DNA of 64,000 nucleotides, taken from contig CAZPWM010000001.1 of the NCBI GenBank assembly GCA_964590575.1, positions 1 to 64,000 of the forward strand, given 5' to 3'. This document shows positions 9,629 through 20,168 of this stretch, in pieces. The notes under the pieces were generated by a model, which ran no database searches, had not been told where the DNA came from, and saw only the letters and a list, made by a program, of their open reading frames with translations. Source of the stretch: an uncultured archaeon (lineage in GTDB: Archaea; Asgardarchaeota; Thorarchaeia; Thorarchaeales; Thorarchaeaceae). How positions within the stretch are numbered: position 1 is the stretch's first letter; each line of letters opens with the position of its first letter. The position numbers and the translations under genes are program-made.

Positions 9629-10987
9629 TTAGATAGGAGCCTTCGAAATAAAGCCTTTCTCGTAAAGCATTTCAGAGGCTCCACGAGCACGTTTTATGAT
9701 TTTCTCAGCATGTTGGTAGAGGTCTTTCTCTTCCCAATGTTTCTTTGCAATACCCTGCTCAATGGCCTTCATACCAACAGCTGTAGCTTCAGCAGGATAT
9801 AGCTCCCACTGGTCCATCGTCGGTATGACTTTACGGACATTAGCTTCTTTCGCACCGAGGTCAGCTAATGCTTGAGCTGCAGCAATACACATCTCATCAG
9901 TGATTGTGCTTGCCCTCACATCGAGAGTTCCGCGGAAGATTCCAGGGAATCCAAGCGAGTTATTGATCTGGTTATCAAAATCTGATCTGCCAGTTCCAAC
10001 AATTCGAGCTCCTGCATCCTTGGCATCCCATGGCCAGATTTCAGGTAGTGGATTCGCACAAGCGTAGACAATCGAGTCGGTTGCCATCGATTCAATCCAT
10101 TCTTTCTTTACAGTACCCGGTACAGGTCGTGAAGCAGTGATGAGTACATCCATTCCTTCAATGACTTCGCCCATATCACCAGTATGTCGTTCTGGATTTG
10201 TCTTCTGAGCCAAATCATATTTGAAGGTATCATAGTCCTTTTCCTTTACGATATCTTCACGGTCCGCATAGATAGCTCCTTGGGTGTCGACCATGATGAT
10301 GTTCTTTGGATCAACTCCCGCTGCTATCAACAAGTATGCTGTACGAGTATTTGCAGCACCGACACCAAGAAATGCTACTTTGATATTCTCGATGTCCTTC
10401 TTGACAACATTCAATCCACCGAGTACGCCAGCTAGAACTACTGTGGCTGTTCCCTGAGCATCGTCATGCCAAACTGGGATTTTGACATCCGGATCGTGTC
10501 TCAGTTCCTCTAGAACCTTGTAACATTTTGGCTTGGAGATATCCTCAAGGTTGATACCACCAAATGAAGGTTGTAGGAGTTTAACAAACTCAATGATTTT
10601 ATCAGGGTCTTTCGTGTCGACACAAATCGGCCATGCATCCACACCACCGAGGTACTTGAAGAGAATTGACTTCCCTTCCATAACAGGACCTGCTGCGAGA
10701 GGACCGATATCACCTAGACCGAGAACTCGGGTACCATCGCTTACAACTGCGACCATGTTCCCCTTGTTCAGATGTTCGTACGCCATCTCGGGATTATCTT
10801 TGATGTCCAGGCATGGTTTAGCCACACCAGGAGTATACCAGATTGCGAAGTCTGAGAAATCCCGAACCGGACATTTACCAATACTCATAATCTTGCCTTG
10901 GTAAAATGGGTGAAGGACCATAGCGTCCTTCCCTGGTTTCTCAGCCTTTTTCTTCAACTCTTCGACAGAGAGCTTTTCTTCAGACAT
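9629..10987 (-). CDS. NAD(P)-dependent malic enzyme
   Basis: 'WYTPGVA', 'VSDGTRVLGLGDIG', 'PVMEGKSILFK', 'GGINLEDI', 'WHDDAQGTA', 'ANPLPEI', 'GTGRSDFDNQINNSLGFPGIFRG'. Confidence 0.95.
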   Translation of the reverse strand: MSEEKLSVEELKKKAEKPGKDAMVLHPFYQGKIMSIGKCPVRDFSDFAIWYTPGVAKPCLDIKDNPEMAYEHLNKGNMVAVVSDGTRVLGLGDIGPLAAGPVMEGKSILFKYLGGVDAWPICVDTKDPDKIIEFVKLLQPSFGGINLEDISKPKCYKVLEELRHDPDVKIPVWHDDAQGTATVVLAGVLGGLNVVKKDIENIKVAFLGVGAANTRTAYLLIAAGVDPKNIIMVDTQGAIYADREDIVKEKDYDTFKYDLAQKTNPERHTGDMGEVIEGMDVLITASRPVPGTVKKEWIESMATDSIVYACANPLPEIWPWDAKDAGARIVGTGRSDFDNQINNSLGFPGIFRGTLDVRASTITDEMCIAAAQALADLGAKEANVRKVIPTMDQWELYPAEATAVGMKAIEQGIAKKHWEEKDLYQHAEKIIKRARGASEMLYEKGFISKAPI

Positions 10988-11163
10988 AATGTGCGCCTCT
11001 TTGTCTTCAATATACGAGCTATACTCACTCGCGAAGTGAGTTGAAGCTGAAGAAGTTTCGGTTTAAGTGTATCCGTCTGGTGCATTATCACGACAGCAGG
11101 AAAACACTCACACAACCGCGAACACATCGTCTTATTAATAAAACAACAAACCAATGCTGGTTT

Positions 11164-11901
11164 ATGCCCGGAGTTGGTGATGAGTTTCATAGCTCAACAA
11201 AGTATGAGAGAGGTAAACTGCCTGGTCACCAGTTGGACTGGAGCACTAAGCCGTCGGTATACAAAAAGTACCCAGAGGCTGAGAAGATTGATCTCCCTCC
11301 GCCAGTGGTACAGGGTGGACCTGGTCTCTGGGAAATCCTAAGAACTCGAAGAAGCGTCCGTGCTTATACTCGAGATGCCATAAGCATTGAGGATTTATCT
11401 CAGATTCTTTGGGCCACACAAGGAATCACAGATTCTATTGGCGACCATCACCTTAGAACCGCTCCCTCCGCTGGAGCTCTTTATCCCATAGAGACCTATC
11501 TCTTGATCAACCGAGTTGACGGTTTCAAATCTGGTCTATACCATTATGATGCTGAAACTCATCAACTTGACGTTCTCAAACTTGGTGACTATTCTCGAGA
11601 GGTCAGGGCAGGTGCGCTGGACCAACAAATAGCTGAACGAGCTTCAGTAGTATTCATTTGGAGCGCTATATTCCAGAGGTCTAAATGGAAGTATCTCCAA
11701 CGAGCATATCGCTACATATTCCTAGATGCTGCTCATATAGCACAGAATCTTGCCTTAGCAGCTGAAGGTCTTGGTTTGGGAAGTTGCCAGATTGGTGCTA
11801 TTTATGATGATTATTTGAACGAGCTAATGGGTTTTGACATCTCTGAAGAGAGTGTAATCTACTTGAGCAGTGTCGGGAAACCAACCAAGACCATTCAGTG
11901 A
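11164..11901 (+). CDS. SagB/ThcOx-family nitroreductase-like dehydrogenase
   Basis: 'RRSVRAY', 'LSQILWATQG', 'RTAPSAGALYPIETY', 'GLYHY', 'YRYIFLDAAHIAQN'; start placed at ATG 11164. Confidence 0.88.
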   Translation: MPGVGDEFHSSTKYERGKLPGHQLDWSTKPSVYKKYPEAEKIDLPPPVVQGGPGLWEILRTRRSVRAYTRDAISIEDLSQILWATQGITDSIGDHHLRTAPSAGALYPIETYLLINRVDGFKSGLYHYDAETHQLDVLKLGDYSREVRAGALDQQIAERASVVFIWSAIFQRSKWKYLQRAYRYIFLDAAHIAQNLALAAEGLGLGSCQIGAIYDDYLNELMGFDISEESVIYLSSVGKPTKTIQ

Positions 11902-11903
11902 TA

Positions 11904-12374
11904 CTATAGTTTCAGTCCCCAGTAATTCACGATTTGTTCAGCATGTTCCCTGGACCTGACTTTGTCTAATCCTTCAGACCCTCCAAAGATGGCTTCTATC
12001 TTTCCATCCTCGCTTATCAAGTATGTAATCCGCTTAACTCCCATTCCGAGGATATCCAGTTTACTATAAGCACCATATAATTTCGCAATTTCAAGGTCTT
12101 CATCCATCAAGATATTGAATGGAAGACGGTGCTTTGCTCTGAACTTTTGATGGAGCTCAGCTGTGCCTCCTGAAACCCCAAAGATTGGAATCCCGGAGCC
12201 TTCGAAAAGCTCATAGCTATCTCGAATTGAGCATGCTTCAGCAGTACATCCTGGAGTGAAGTCTTTAGGATAGAAATAAAGAACCAACTTCTTTCCTCTG
12301 TACTCACTCAGTATGAATTTCCTACCTTCGTCGTCTTCGGTTTCGAAATCTGGAGCTTCTTCGCCTATCTGCAA
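11904..12374 (-). CDS. bcp: Peroxiredoxin, Bcp/PrxQ family
   Basis: 'LYFYPKDFTPGCTAEACSIRD', 'RITYLI'. Confidence 0.92.
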   Translation of the reverse strand: MQIGEEAPDFETEDDEGRKFILSEYRGKKLVLYFYPKDFTPGCTAEACSIRDSYELFEGSGIPIFGVSGGTAELHQKFRAKHRLPFNILMDEDLEIAKLYGAYSKLDILGMGVKRITYLISEDGKIEAIFGGSEGLDKVRSREHAEQIVNYWGLKL

Positions 12375-12388
12375 TACTACAATACCCC

Positions 12389-12871
12389 CTACAACTTTAG
12401 GTTCCAGAATTTGATGACTTGGTCCGCATGTTCCTTGGTCTTGACCTTCTCGATTCCTTCTGAGCCACCATAAATTCCCTCAATTCTTCCCTTCTCGTCA
12501 ATTAGGAAGGTTGTTCGTTCAATACCCATGTACTCTTTTCCGTACATGCTCTTTTTCTTATAGACATCATAGAGCTTGGCAAGATCAAACTTCTCATCCA
12601 TCAACAGTGGAAATGGCAGTTCGTTCTTTTCTTTGAAGCTCTTATGTGACTTCTCAGTGCCGCCCGACACTCCAAATACAGGTATGTCTGATTTCTTAAA
12701 CACGTCATAGTTGTCACGAATCGAGCACGCTTCAGCCTGACATCCTGAGGTGTTATCCTTTGGATAGAAGTACAGGAAGACTTTCTTCCCCTTGAAACTA
12801 CTGAGTTTGATTTTCTCTCCACTCTCTGTTGTTGTCGTAAAATCTGGTGCTTTATCGCCTATCTTGAGCAA
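12389..12871 (-). CDS. bcp: Peroxiredoxin, Bcp/PrxQ family (tandem paralogue)
   Basis: 'YFYPKDNTSGCQAEACSIRD', 'GIERTTFLIDEKG'. Confidence 0.92.
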   Translation of the reverse strand: MLKIGDKAPDFTTTTESGEKIKLSSFKGKKVFLYFYPKDNTSGCQAEACSIRDNYDVFKKSDIPVFGVSGGTEKSHKSFKEKNELPFPLLMDEKFDLAKLYDVYKKKSMYGKEYMGIERTTFLIDEKGRIEGIYGGSEGIEKVKTKEHADQVIKFWNLKL

Positions 12872-13008
12872 TGAATTCTCATCCCCTTAAAATTAACAAT
12901 AATTAACATAAATAGTTACATTTCTAATAATAAATATTTGCATACTACTATGACCTTTAGCAATCCTTAAAGAGCAAGTAACATGCTGAGCCTATTGACT
13001 TAGGCGGA

Positions 13009-14028
13009 GTGAAGATGGCAGATAGCATCATAACCTACAAGTCGTTGACAAAGGTCTACGCGACCATATTCATTGGTACGCTTCTTTTCGTAGTGCTAGG
13101 TTACTTCGTCGCAGATCTTTTCCTTCCTTCTACGACTTGGGATTGGGTTATTGTACTTTTGTTCTTCATCGGGCTACCCGTGTTAGTCGCTAGTTTAGGA
13201 TTCTACGTGGGATGGATTGGGAAGAAATCTGCCATTGAATATACAGATCCCACTTGGGACGTTGAACCAGTTCAGATGACGATTGATGATGCCAAGGCAC
13301 TCGTCAAACGTAACAAACGCCAATATTGGAGAATGGTTTCTAACAGTAGTTATTGGACATTCTTCATCCCCATTGTGCTACTCCTGTTCATGGCTGGGTT
13401 GCCTGTTTACATATTCTTTGAGTCTCCTGACCTTGCCGGATTTGACTCATTGATTTTTTCTCTATCCCTCTCCCTTGCATATCTTATCTCTTCAATTGGT
13501 GCTCTTCTAGCCACATCAAACGCAGCCACTGAAGACTTCGACATTCCTCTGGTACGGGAAGCTATTGCCCTTGCCAAAGCTCAAGAAAAAATAGCTGGCT
13601 TGTCTCATGTTCGTGTAGTTTTTGACAAAGGCAAATTAGATGGCTACAATATCTACGAGAGTCCAAGGGTTGTTTCCCGAATCGCTAGTATAGAAAAGGA
13701 CGCATACATCGAATCATGGGCTGAGGATCTTCATGCTTTGACACGTGTACTTTGCAGACTTCATGAATCAGATAGCAACCCACAAGTTGTCTGGTGGTGG
13801 ATATCCAGAGATCGTAATTTCCGCAAGTTTATTGGAACGGATGAGAAGGGCTATTATGTCAGACTACCAGTTCACTCCAAAATGAAGAATCCCGGAGTCA
13901 AAGATATCGCTGCTGTTTTTAAAAATGCAGTAGCAATAATCATCTTAGAATGGTTACAAACTCGTGGTGAGAATAAAGATCTCTCTGGTATTCTCAAGGA
14001 GCTTGACGCATTTCCTCATGAGGGATAG
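13009..14028 (+). CDS. Hypothetical membrane protein (about 4 TM plus soluble C-terminal domain), paralogue 1
   Basis: Two pairs of hydrophobic segments flanking 'IEYTDPTWD'; long ORF in an operon. Confidence 0.7.
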   Translation: MKMADSIITYKSLTKVYATIFIGTLLFVVLGYFVADLFLPSTTWDWVIVLLFFIGLPVLVASLGFYVGWIGKKSAIEYTDPTWDVEPVQMTIDDAKALVKRNKRQYWRMVSNSSYWTFFIPIVLLLFMAGLPVYIFFESPDLAGFDSLIFSLSLSLAYLISSIGALLATSNAATEDFDIPLVREAIALAKAQEKIAGLSHVRVVFDKGKLDGYNIYESPRVVSRIASIEKDAYIESWAEDLHALTRVLCRLHESDSNPQVVWWWISRDRNFRKFIGTDEKGYYVRLPVHSKMKNPGVKDIAAVFKNAVAIIILEWLQTRGENKDLSGILKELDAFPHEG

Positions 14029-14030
14029 TA

Positions 14031-14957
14031 TTGACGGAAGGTCCTATCAGAACCGCGTCATTCTTGAACTATCAGATACTAATTTTCATTGTCGTTTTTG
14101 TGTGGGCTTTGATGGGTTTCGAAATTGCCCAATATCAGCTACTTACTCTGTATGAAACTCCATACACTTGGATTGCTTGGGCTGTCTTTGCCTTAGTGAG
14201 TGTTATTCCCGCCATCACAGCTGTCACTTGGAGAATGAAGGCTCGGGTCAGTTTTATTGAACCAGAATGGGATTTCAGAGAAAGAGAGATTTCTTTGTCC
14301 GAGTACGAGCAAATGATGAAGCAGTATCTCAACCAGTATCGAAACTTCCTATCATTTGTTGATTCTCGTCTAATTGCTTTAGCTTGCTTCCTCTCTGTAT
14401 CTGCTGTAGCATTCCCCTTTCTCCTCATGAGAACCACAATTATTCTAATCGCTGCAACCCCTGTTATCTTCGGTTTTTTCATCCTCATTTTTGGGCTTGT
14501 CAATTCCTCAATAATCTTCAAATTCATACCAAATGAAGCAACTCTTCATTTTCCCGTTGTACCAGAGAAGATTCTACGTCCATCGATTAGAATTATGCAG
14601 ACAACATCTGGCATTTCATGGGCTGGAGTGAGTGTGTTGCTGGGTGAGGCGTCTGGCTACTACACGGTTCGTAAACCCACACCTATATCTCGAATTGAAG
14701 GCATTGAGAGTGCTGCCAAAATCCATTGCATAATTGACGAATTTGGCAATGTTTCAAAAGTCGTTTCTACGCTATCTCTTGATGATTCTGATACATTAAA
14801 CATTATTAGCGAGGCCTCCGGCGAGATCTCTCATAAACAGATTACAGAAATAGTGTACAAGACTCTTCAAGCATACATCAAGGCAAGAGGTCCGGATGAG
14901 TTCTTGGATGAAGTACTTGAAGAAGTGACATCCTTTCTGAAGAGGTTCAATGGCTAA
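14031..14957 (+). CDS. Hypothetical membrane protein, paralogue 2
   Basis: Same layout, 'VSFIEPEWD'; starts 2 nt after the previous stop. Confidence 0.7.
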   Translation: MTEGPIRTASFLNYQILIFIVVFVWALMGFEIAQYQLLTLYETPYTWIAWAVFALVSVIPAITAVTWRMKARVSFIEPEWDFREREISLSEYEQMMKQYLNQYRNFLSFVDSRLIALACFLSVSAVAFPFLLMRTTIILIAATPVIFGFFILIFGLVNSSIIFKFIPNEATLHFPVVPEKILRPSIRIMQTTSGISWAGVSVLLGEASGYYTVRKPTPISRIEGIESAAKIHCIIDEFGNVSKVVSTLSLDDSDTLNIISEASGEISHKQITEIVYKTLQAYIKARGPDEFLDEVLEEVTSFLKRFNG

Positions 14958-15999
14958 TGCAACCAACAATTATCGTAGAGCTTATCACTGCTTATGTTCT
15001 GATTTTGTTGAGGGAAGGTTTGGATTGAACGATGAAGCTATCATTGATTATAGTCGGCAAGGTAAGGTAAACCGAGCGTTCGCAATTCTAGCAGTACTCT
15101 TCTCAGTTGTAGGAATTGTGATGAATTATATGAACCTCTATGATTTCAACAAATTACTAGTGTTTATTGCTATGCCCACAGTCCTATTCGTTGTATCGCT
15201 AGGAATGGGAGGAGGGTCCAAGAAATCTATTGATTATATCCCTGGTGAATGGGAAAAGAAAAAGACCTGGGTAAGTTTCACCGATTATGATAATATGGTG
15301 GAGCAGTATGAGGATGCCTATGGTGAGCTATACTCAAATCCCGGCGATTTCCTGACCTGTTGTTGCTCACTCGTCTTTATTCTCATCTTCGGATTTCTTA
15401 TACTACTGTCCCAATCGATGAGCATAATTCTCCTCAATCCATCACTCGACCCAATTATTTTCATTGTTCTTGAATACAGTATAGTTGCTGTGGCAGGTTT
15501 TGTTATTGGTTTCCGGATTCCATCAATTGATGCACAGGATTTCTTCAAACGACCGATAAAGGGTGATGTATACAATTTCGCAAGATTCCTTGCGGGTGTT
15601 CCTGGCATCAGGGCAGGCATGAATGTTGAGCTGGGGGTTCGGTCAGGGGTTCAAACAATTATGGAATCTGAAGTCAAGGCTTATGTCCAGAACCTTCCTG
15701 AAACAGTCCAAATCCAAGTACAGGTTTCGCATTCAGGTTTTGCATATCCATATCTTGTAGGTACGGCTTACAAGGGTGGTCGCATAACCCCCCATGAAGA
15801 CACATTTCGAATTGGGACGAAATATCCAGCCCATGTTGAGTATTCAATGGATAAGGATGTCATGGTGATAGTAGCTCGTTTTGATATTCCTGAGCGTACA
15901 AGCAGTGTCCCTCACATATCGATGAGTGATTTCAGGGAGCTAGCAGCCTTACTTGCTGCTGAATTGAAGGATTACTATAATCCAAAGGGGTCGACATAG
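14950..15999 (+). CDS. Hypothetical membrane protein, paralogue 3
   Basis: Same layout, 'IDYIPGEWE'; start uncertain (14950 or TTG near 15025). Confidence 0.7.
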   Translation: MANATNNYRRAYHCLCSDFVEGRFGLNDEAIIDYSRQGKVNRAFAILAVLFSVVGIVMNYMNLYDFNKLLVFIAMPTVLFVVSLGMGGGSKKSIDYIPGEWEKKKTWVSFTDYDNMVEQYEDAYGELYSNPGDFLTCCCSLVFILIFGFLILLSQSMSIILLNPSLDPIIFIVLEYSIVAVAGFVIGFRIPSIDAQDFFKRPIKGDVYNFARFLAGVPGIRAGMNVELGVRSGVQTIMESEVKAYVQNLPETVQIQVQVSHSGFAYPYLVGTAYKGGRITPHEDTFRIGTKYPAHVEYSMDKDVMVIVARFDIPERTSSVPHISMSDFRELAALLAAELKDYYNPKGST

Positions 16000-16065
16000 A
16001 CACCTTTAATTATGCGATTTTCAGGCTGAGGGCGTGTCTAGAGCATGCTAGGAAGTGGGTATTGA

Positions 16066-16359
16066 ATGGCTTCAGGTAATTGGACAAACAAATGGGTTCT
16101 GATTCTGATTCTTGGGATACTGATTCAATTGATTATCTACCCAGCTGTTTGGGTCTTTCAGCTCTTCACTCATGATTACTTCCCTGATGTTGTTCTAATT
16201 TCGCTAATCTCAATAGTCATTCAGATTGGTGGTTTCTACACCATAATGAACAAGACCCAAGGAATGGATCCCGCAATCTATAGCCAAGGTCGGCCATTTC
16301 AGCACAAACTCCGTGAGGAGGATGAGGATGTGGCAACACGAAAACCAACCTTTGATTAA
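16066..16359 (+). CDS. Small 2-TM membrane protein
   Basis: Two hydrophobic segments and a charged tail. Confidence 0.65.
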   Translation: MASGNWTNKWVLILILGILIQLIIYPAVWVFQLFTHDYFPDVVLISLISIVIQIGGFYTIMNKTQGMDPAIYSQGRPFQHKLREEDEDVATRKPTFD

Positions 16360-16361
16360 TA

Positions 16362-17225
16362 TTGGAGCGGAATAACGTGGAAGAACAAACCAATGAACCA
16401 GGTCCTGTAATGAAGTTTGTCCAAGACTATCGATTAAAGATGTTGATACCTGAACTACTAGTTGTGTTCGGGGTTTGGTATTTCCTCCCGATTCTAGATT
16501 CTTCGTTCAGTCCTATGGCTGGTAATGTGTATCAGAACTTTGGATTATTCCAGTACATCTTTCAACCATTGTTCTTCCTTCCTTCAGGATTGGTAGTTCT
16601 AGCAACTGCTTTCACACTTCATGGCATTTATCCACTTGATAACTATCACGAAGGTAAGATTCCTGAGCTTCCCAGAGCTGCAGTTATCATGATTGCACTC
16701 TCGTTTATCTTACTACCCGTTCTTGTAGCATTCCAGATGCTTGGATACTACATGACCGAGATGACTGAGTTCATCAGCAGGAACCCACTCTGGGAGCGAG
16801 TAGAGAGTGTTGGAGACCTTCTGTTCTATGCAGGTCCGATGTTCTTCGTTGGTCTCCAATGGTGGCTCTTGATTCCAGTGTTTTTCCTTGCACAGGGAGT
16901 TGATGGAATTCACAAGATTGCGCACCATGAAACATCAAGTGAGAAAATTACTTGGATCTTCTATTTCCTATGGCCTATGTCAATGCCATTCTTTTTCGAT
17001 TCTGTTGAGATAATGGCGATGGTTGCATTGTCTATTCCTGCCTTTGCATTCTATTCCTACATTAGACCTTACTACACGTACGTGACCTCAATACACACAG
17101 TATCGTTTGCAGTGCTACTCAGCTTGGCAGTGATTCTGGTGCCATTCTTACCATTGATGAACTTCTGGTTCCCGGGATTCATTCCGCCACACATCCCTCC
17201 ACGTGCCATACCGTGGCCTTTCTGA
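16362..17225 (+). CDS. Polytopic membrane protein
   Basis: About 7 hydrophobic segments; starts 2 nt after the previous stop. Confidence 0.65.
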   Translation: MERNNVEEQTNEPGPVMKFVQDYRLKMLIPELLVVFGVWYFLPILDSSFSPMAGNVYQNFGLFQYIFQPLFFLPSGLVVLATAFTLHGIYPLDNYHEGKIPELPRAAVIMIALSFILLPVLVAFQMLGYYMTEMTEFISRNPLWERVESVGDLLFYAGPMFFVGLQWWLLIPVFFLAQGVDGIHKIAHHETSSEKITWIFYFLWPMSMPFFFDSVEIMAMVALSIPAFAFYSYIRPYYTYVTSIHTVSFAVLLSLAVILVPFLPLMNFWFPGFIPPHIPPRAIPWPF

Positions 17226-17249
17226 CATAGTTGAGAATGTGTCTAGCAA

Positions 17250-18287
17250 TTACCTTGAGGATTCAAGAGTCTGCAAGAAGATCTCTTGGAATTTAGAACT
17301 CTCCTCATGAATCTTTCTTGAGAGTTCTGGACTTGCACCTGAGAGACCACATTGTGTGGATACCATCGTGTTCCTTTCCACTAGGTCCAAGTCAACACCA
17401 CTTTCTTTCAACAACCGAAAACTCTGTTTCAGATTAATTGAAAGGGTTTCTAGAATCGATTTCGAGTACGAGTTATCAACATTAGGTAGTGCACCAAGGG
17501 CAAGCCCGCCCCCATGCTTCATGAACTCATTCATTTTCTTTGCCTGTTCCTGCTTAACTTCCGGAGGATATCGGACCAAATCAATATGTGCAAGTTTTGG
17601 TTTGCTTTCCCAAAGAGGATACCATCCATCGAAATTCAATATGCGCCAATCATCACAATAATGGAAAGCTGGGATAACACTCTTAGGATAGACACTATCT
17701 GTTTTGTTAATTATTTCTTTCAGAGTGAGTCCTGGTACAAGTCCTTGATTGATCATCTCAAACACGTGTCCCAAGCTTGGGTCATCTTGGCAAAGAATTA
17801 GTGAGTCACAGAACTTGCTTAGGTATTCGACCTGACCGATCGCAATCCGTTTCATCAGTCTATGAAAGAAATAGAACATATTCTGAGTAATATGCTGTTT
17901 GCCGCTACTATCTCTAATAGTATAGCACATCGTGGCTGGTGCTGTCTGTTGCGTTTTAAAGATAGGATACATTGTTCCATCCATCATTAAATAGTGACTA
18001 TGTCCGTGTTCTTTATCCAGCATCAGTGGTCCATCGTTACTTACCATCTCCCGATATGTATGAATGTCGACATCGAGAACGAAGTTCCCCTTTTCTTCAA
18101 ATTCCTCCACCAAGACCGCAAACTGTCTTATCATATCCTCTTCACGTAAGGCTGTTATACTGTACGAATATGGAAGATTCAATTTCTTCACATAATCAAC
18201 AGGTATTGATGGATTTGGTTCACCTAGACTACCCACTCCAAAGAACTGACCTGCCAAATCTTTTGGAAGGCAACTTTCCAGTTTCAA
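17250..18287 (-). CDS. MetE catalytic-domain-like (cobalamin-independent methionine synthase/UroD fold) protein
   Basis: 'GVGSL', 'CQDDPSL', H-x-C 'FHYC', 'LALGALP', C-terminal 'STQCGL'; these resemble the Zn ligands of core MetE. Confidence 0.6.
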   Translation of the reverse strand: MKLESCLPKDLAGQFFGVGSLGEPNPSIPVDYVKKLNLPYSYSITALREEDMIRQFAVLVEEFEEKGNFVLDVDIHTYREMVSNDGPLMLDKEHGHSHYLMMDGTMYPIFKTQQTAPATMCYTIRDSSGKQHITQNMFYFFHRLMKRIAIGQVEYLSKFCDSLILCQDDPSLGHVFEMINQGLVPGLTLKEIINKTDSVYPKSVIPAFHYCDDWRILNFDGWYPLWESKPKLAHIDLVRYPPEVKQEQAKKMNEFMKHGGGLALGALPNVDNSYSKSILETLSINLKQSFRLLKESGVDLDLVERNTMVSTQCGLSGASPELSRKIHEESSKFQEIFLQTLESSR

Positions 18288-20008
18288 TCACCTCTTTTTG
18301 CTTGGCTACGTCGTCGAATGACCTTGTTGCATGATTGAACCGCTGGGCAACCTTTACAAAGTTCAGGAACATCTTCGATAACCTGGTCCTCTCCGTAAAT
18401 TAAGAACTGATCAGCAATCGAAGATTCCGCAGAAACCATCGCCTCCTCGTTTTGGCTTTTTTTCCGAACCATACATTTGTGCTTGCGAAGATTTTCACTT
18501 AGCTCAACCGAATTGCCAGATACTACGACCGCTGTTGGTCCAACTTTTCTGACAATCTGTTTCGTGAAATCTGGAATCATCATTAATGTTTCAAGGTCCT
18601 GCTCACTCTCAGTTTCAAAAAGGGTGACTTCGGATATTGTAGTGAAGGTGGTTTGAGATGTCCAATCTGTAATAGATCTAACTACATTTCTGGGAACTGG
18701 TTTACTGCTCTCTTTCTCTAGGAAGCCAAGGATGTCATCTTCACGCAGTCCAATCTCAATCGCCTCGAAGATTGATTTATCTGAAATTTTGAACGTGCTC
18801 ACTACATCTGTACGAATTGGTTCTGTCAAGAGCATTAAACGGTAAAGTTTCTGGTATTCCATTTCACTGGTGAATACAGTGAGCTCGAAGTTTGGCAACA
18901 CAAAGAATGATTCTCGCATCTCAGGCTTTTCGAACGGTGTCCCCAGGAGAACGTTTTCACCAACATCTGTCAATCTAACTGCGAGAAGTTTCTTGCCACG
19001 ATATGCTGCTTCAACCAATCCCAGAAGTATTGGCGTTTCAAGAGATAATTGAACTCTATCCTCGTCGACCTGAATCCATTTCAATGATTGATTCTCTATG
19101 AACAATTCACTCCTAATCCAATCCCTGAGTTCTTCAATACTGATCCAGTCTTCAGACGTACTTTCTCGAAGTCTACAAATTGCCAGATTGAGCGTGTATT
19201 CTGTAGGTTGATCAGGGGTGGCCCAGATTGCTCTTGTTCTGCCAAGTTGGGACAATAGCAGTCTACGAGCTACATTGCGATGCTCTCCTGCAAATAGAAT
19301 ATCTATTTTGGATGGCTGGACTTTATCTCCTTCTCCTACAGTGTAAGCTCCCATTTTGCGCGCCATCTTTTGGACTAGTTCAAATCGCTCATCGGTTTTC
19401 TTAGACATAGGTTCTTTGATGTAGTCGATTTCTCTTCTGGGAAACTCCCAGGCACTTGTGAGGTGGACCTCTCGTTTTGCTATATGTGATACAAGCAGGA
19501 GCATATCTATAATCAAAGTGTCTCGTTCATTTACGATGTCTTTGACTTTCTTTGGCTTCTCTGGTTGGGGTTGAGGTTTTGTTTCAAATAGGTCCCTTAG
19601 ATGGGGGATAAAGAACTCTAGGACCTTGAACTCTGCAACCTCTCGTCCAAATTCTGTTAATCGTGACATCATTTGTCTGATGATGATACCCTTTTTCCGA
19701 AGGTCTCTCTCCGTTTGATTCAGTTGCCCATAACTATAGATCTTTCTGAAAGGCTTGAGTCGGTCATAGCTCATAGCTCCCCCACTAAGTGTTAAGAGTC
19801 CCAGCAGATCTTTCTCGAGTTGAGAGAATGTGGCAAATATTCTTTCCCTCTCTTCTGGCATCCTCATTTTCTCTGCGAGCATTTTGATAAGCGATGATCC
19901 AGTGTCTTTTCCTGTCACGTCAATGGACCAATACTGACATGCAAAGAGTAAGTCTTCTCTGAGGACATGTTCAAGTTCTTTCTCTAGGGATTCTTTTGCC
20001 ATTATCAT
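18284..20008 (-). CDS. Helicase-associated domain protein (Helicase_C_3; p52/Tfb2-like)
   Basis: C-terminal 'VLPNFELTV...STFKISDKSIFEAIEIGLREDDILGFLEKESSKPVPRNVVRSITDW' resembles the XPB-N/p52 shared domain. Confidence 0.75.
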   Translation of the reverse strand: MIMAKESLEKELEHVLREDLLFACQYWSIDVTGKDTGSSLIKMLAEKMRMPEERERIFATFSQLEKDLLGLLTLSGGAMSYDRLKPFRKIYSYGQLNQTERDLRKKGIIIRQMMSRLTEFGREVAEFKVLEFFIPHLRDLFETKPQPQPEKPKKVKDIVNERDTLIIDMLLLVSHIAKREVHLTSAWEFPRREIDYIKEPMSKKTDERFELVQKMARKMGAYTVGEGDKVQPSKIDILFAGEHRNVARRLLLSQLGRTRAIWATPDQPTEYTLNLAICRLRESTSEDWISIEELRDWIRSELFIENQSLKWIQVDEDRVQLSLETPILLGLVEAAYRGKKLLAVRLTDVGENVLLGTPFEKPEMRESFFVLPNFELTVFTSEMEYQKLYRLMLLTEPIRTDVVSTFKISDKSIFEAIEIGLREDDILGFLEKESSKPVPRNVVRSITDWTSQTTFTTISEVTLFETESEQDLETLMMIPDFTKQIVRKVGPTAVVVSGNSVELSENLRKHKCMVRKKSQNEEAMVSAESSIADQFLIYGEDQVIEDVPELCKGCPAVQSCNKVIRRRSQAKRGD

Positions 20009-20168
20009 TACCGACCACGAAATTGTCAGTTGGAAACAAGCGCCCAGCTTTTGAGCATTTAAGGAGCTTTTGGTTTTGTCATTTTTTCAACTGATGAAGG
20101 TTAGTAGCTCTATTGAAAAAAGAAACAAGCTTATCTTCACATGATATGACTCGATTCTGGGTGTAATA

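Noticed and set aside
11164-11901. SagB-like gene as part of an azole RiPP cluster
   Set aside because: No YcaO or precursor nearby, and stand-alone copies are common in archaea.
11904-12871. Tandem bcp genes as a novel system
   Set aside because: A simple duplication of a well-known peroxiredoxin with intact motifs.
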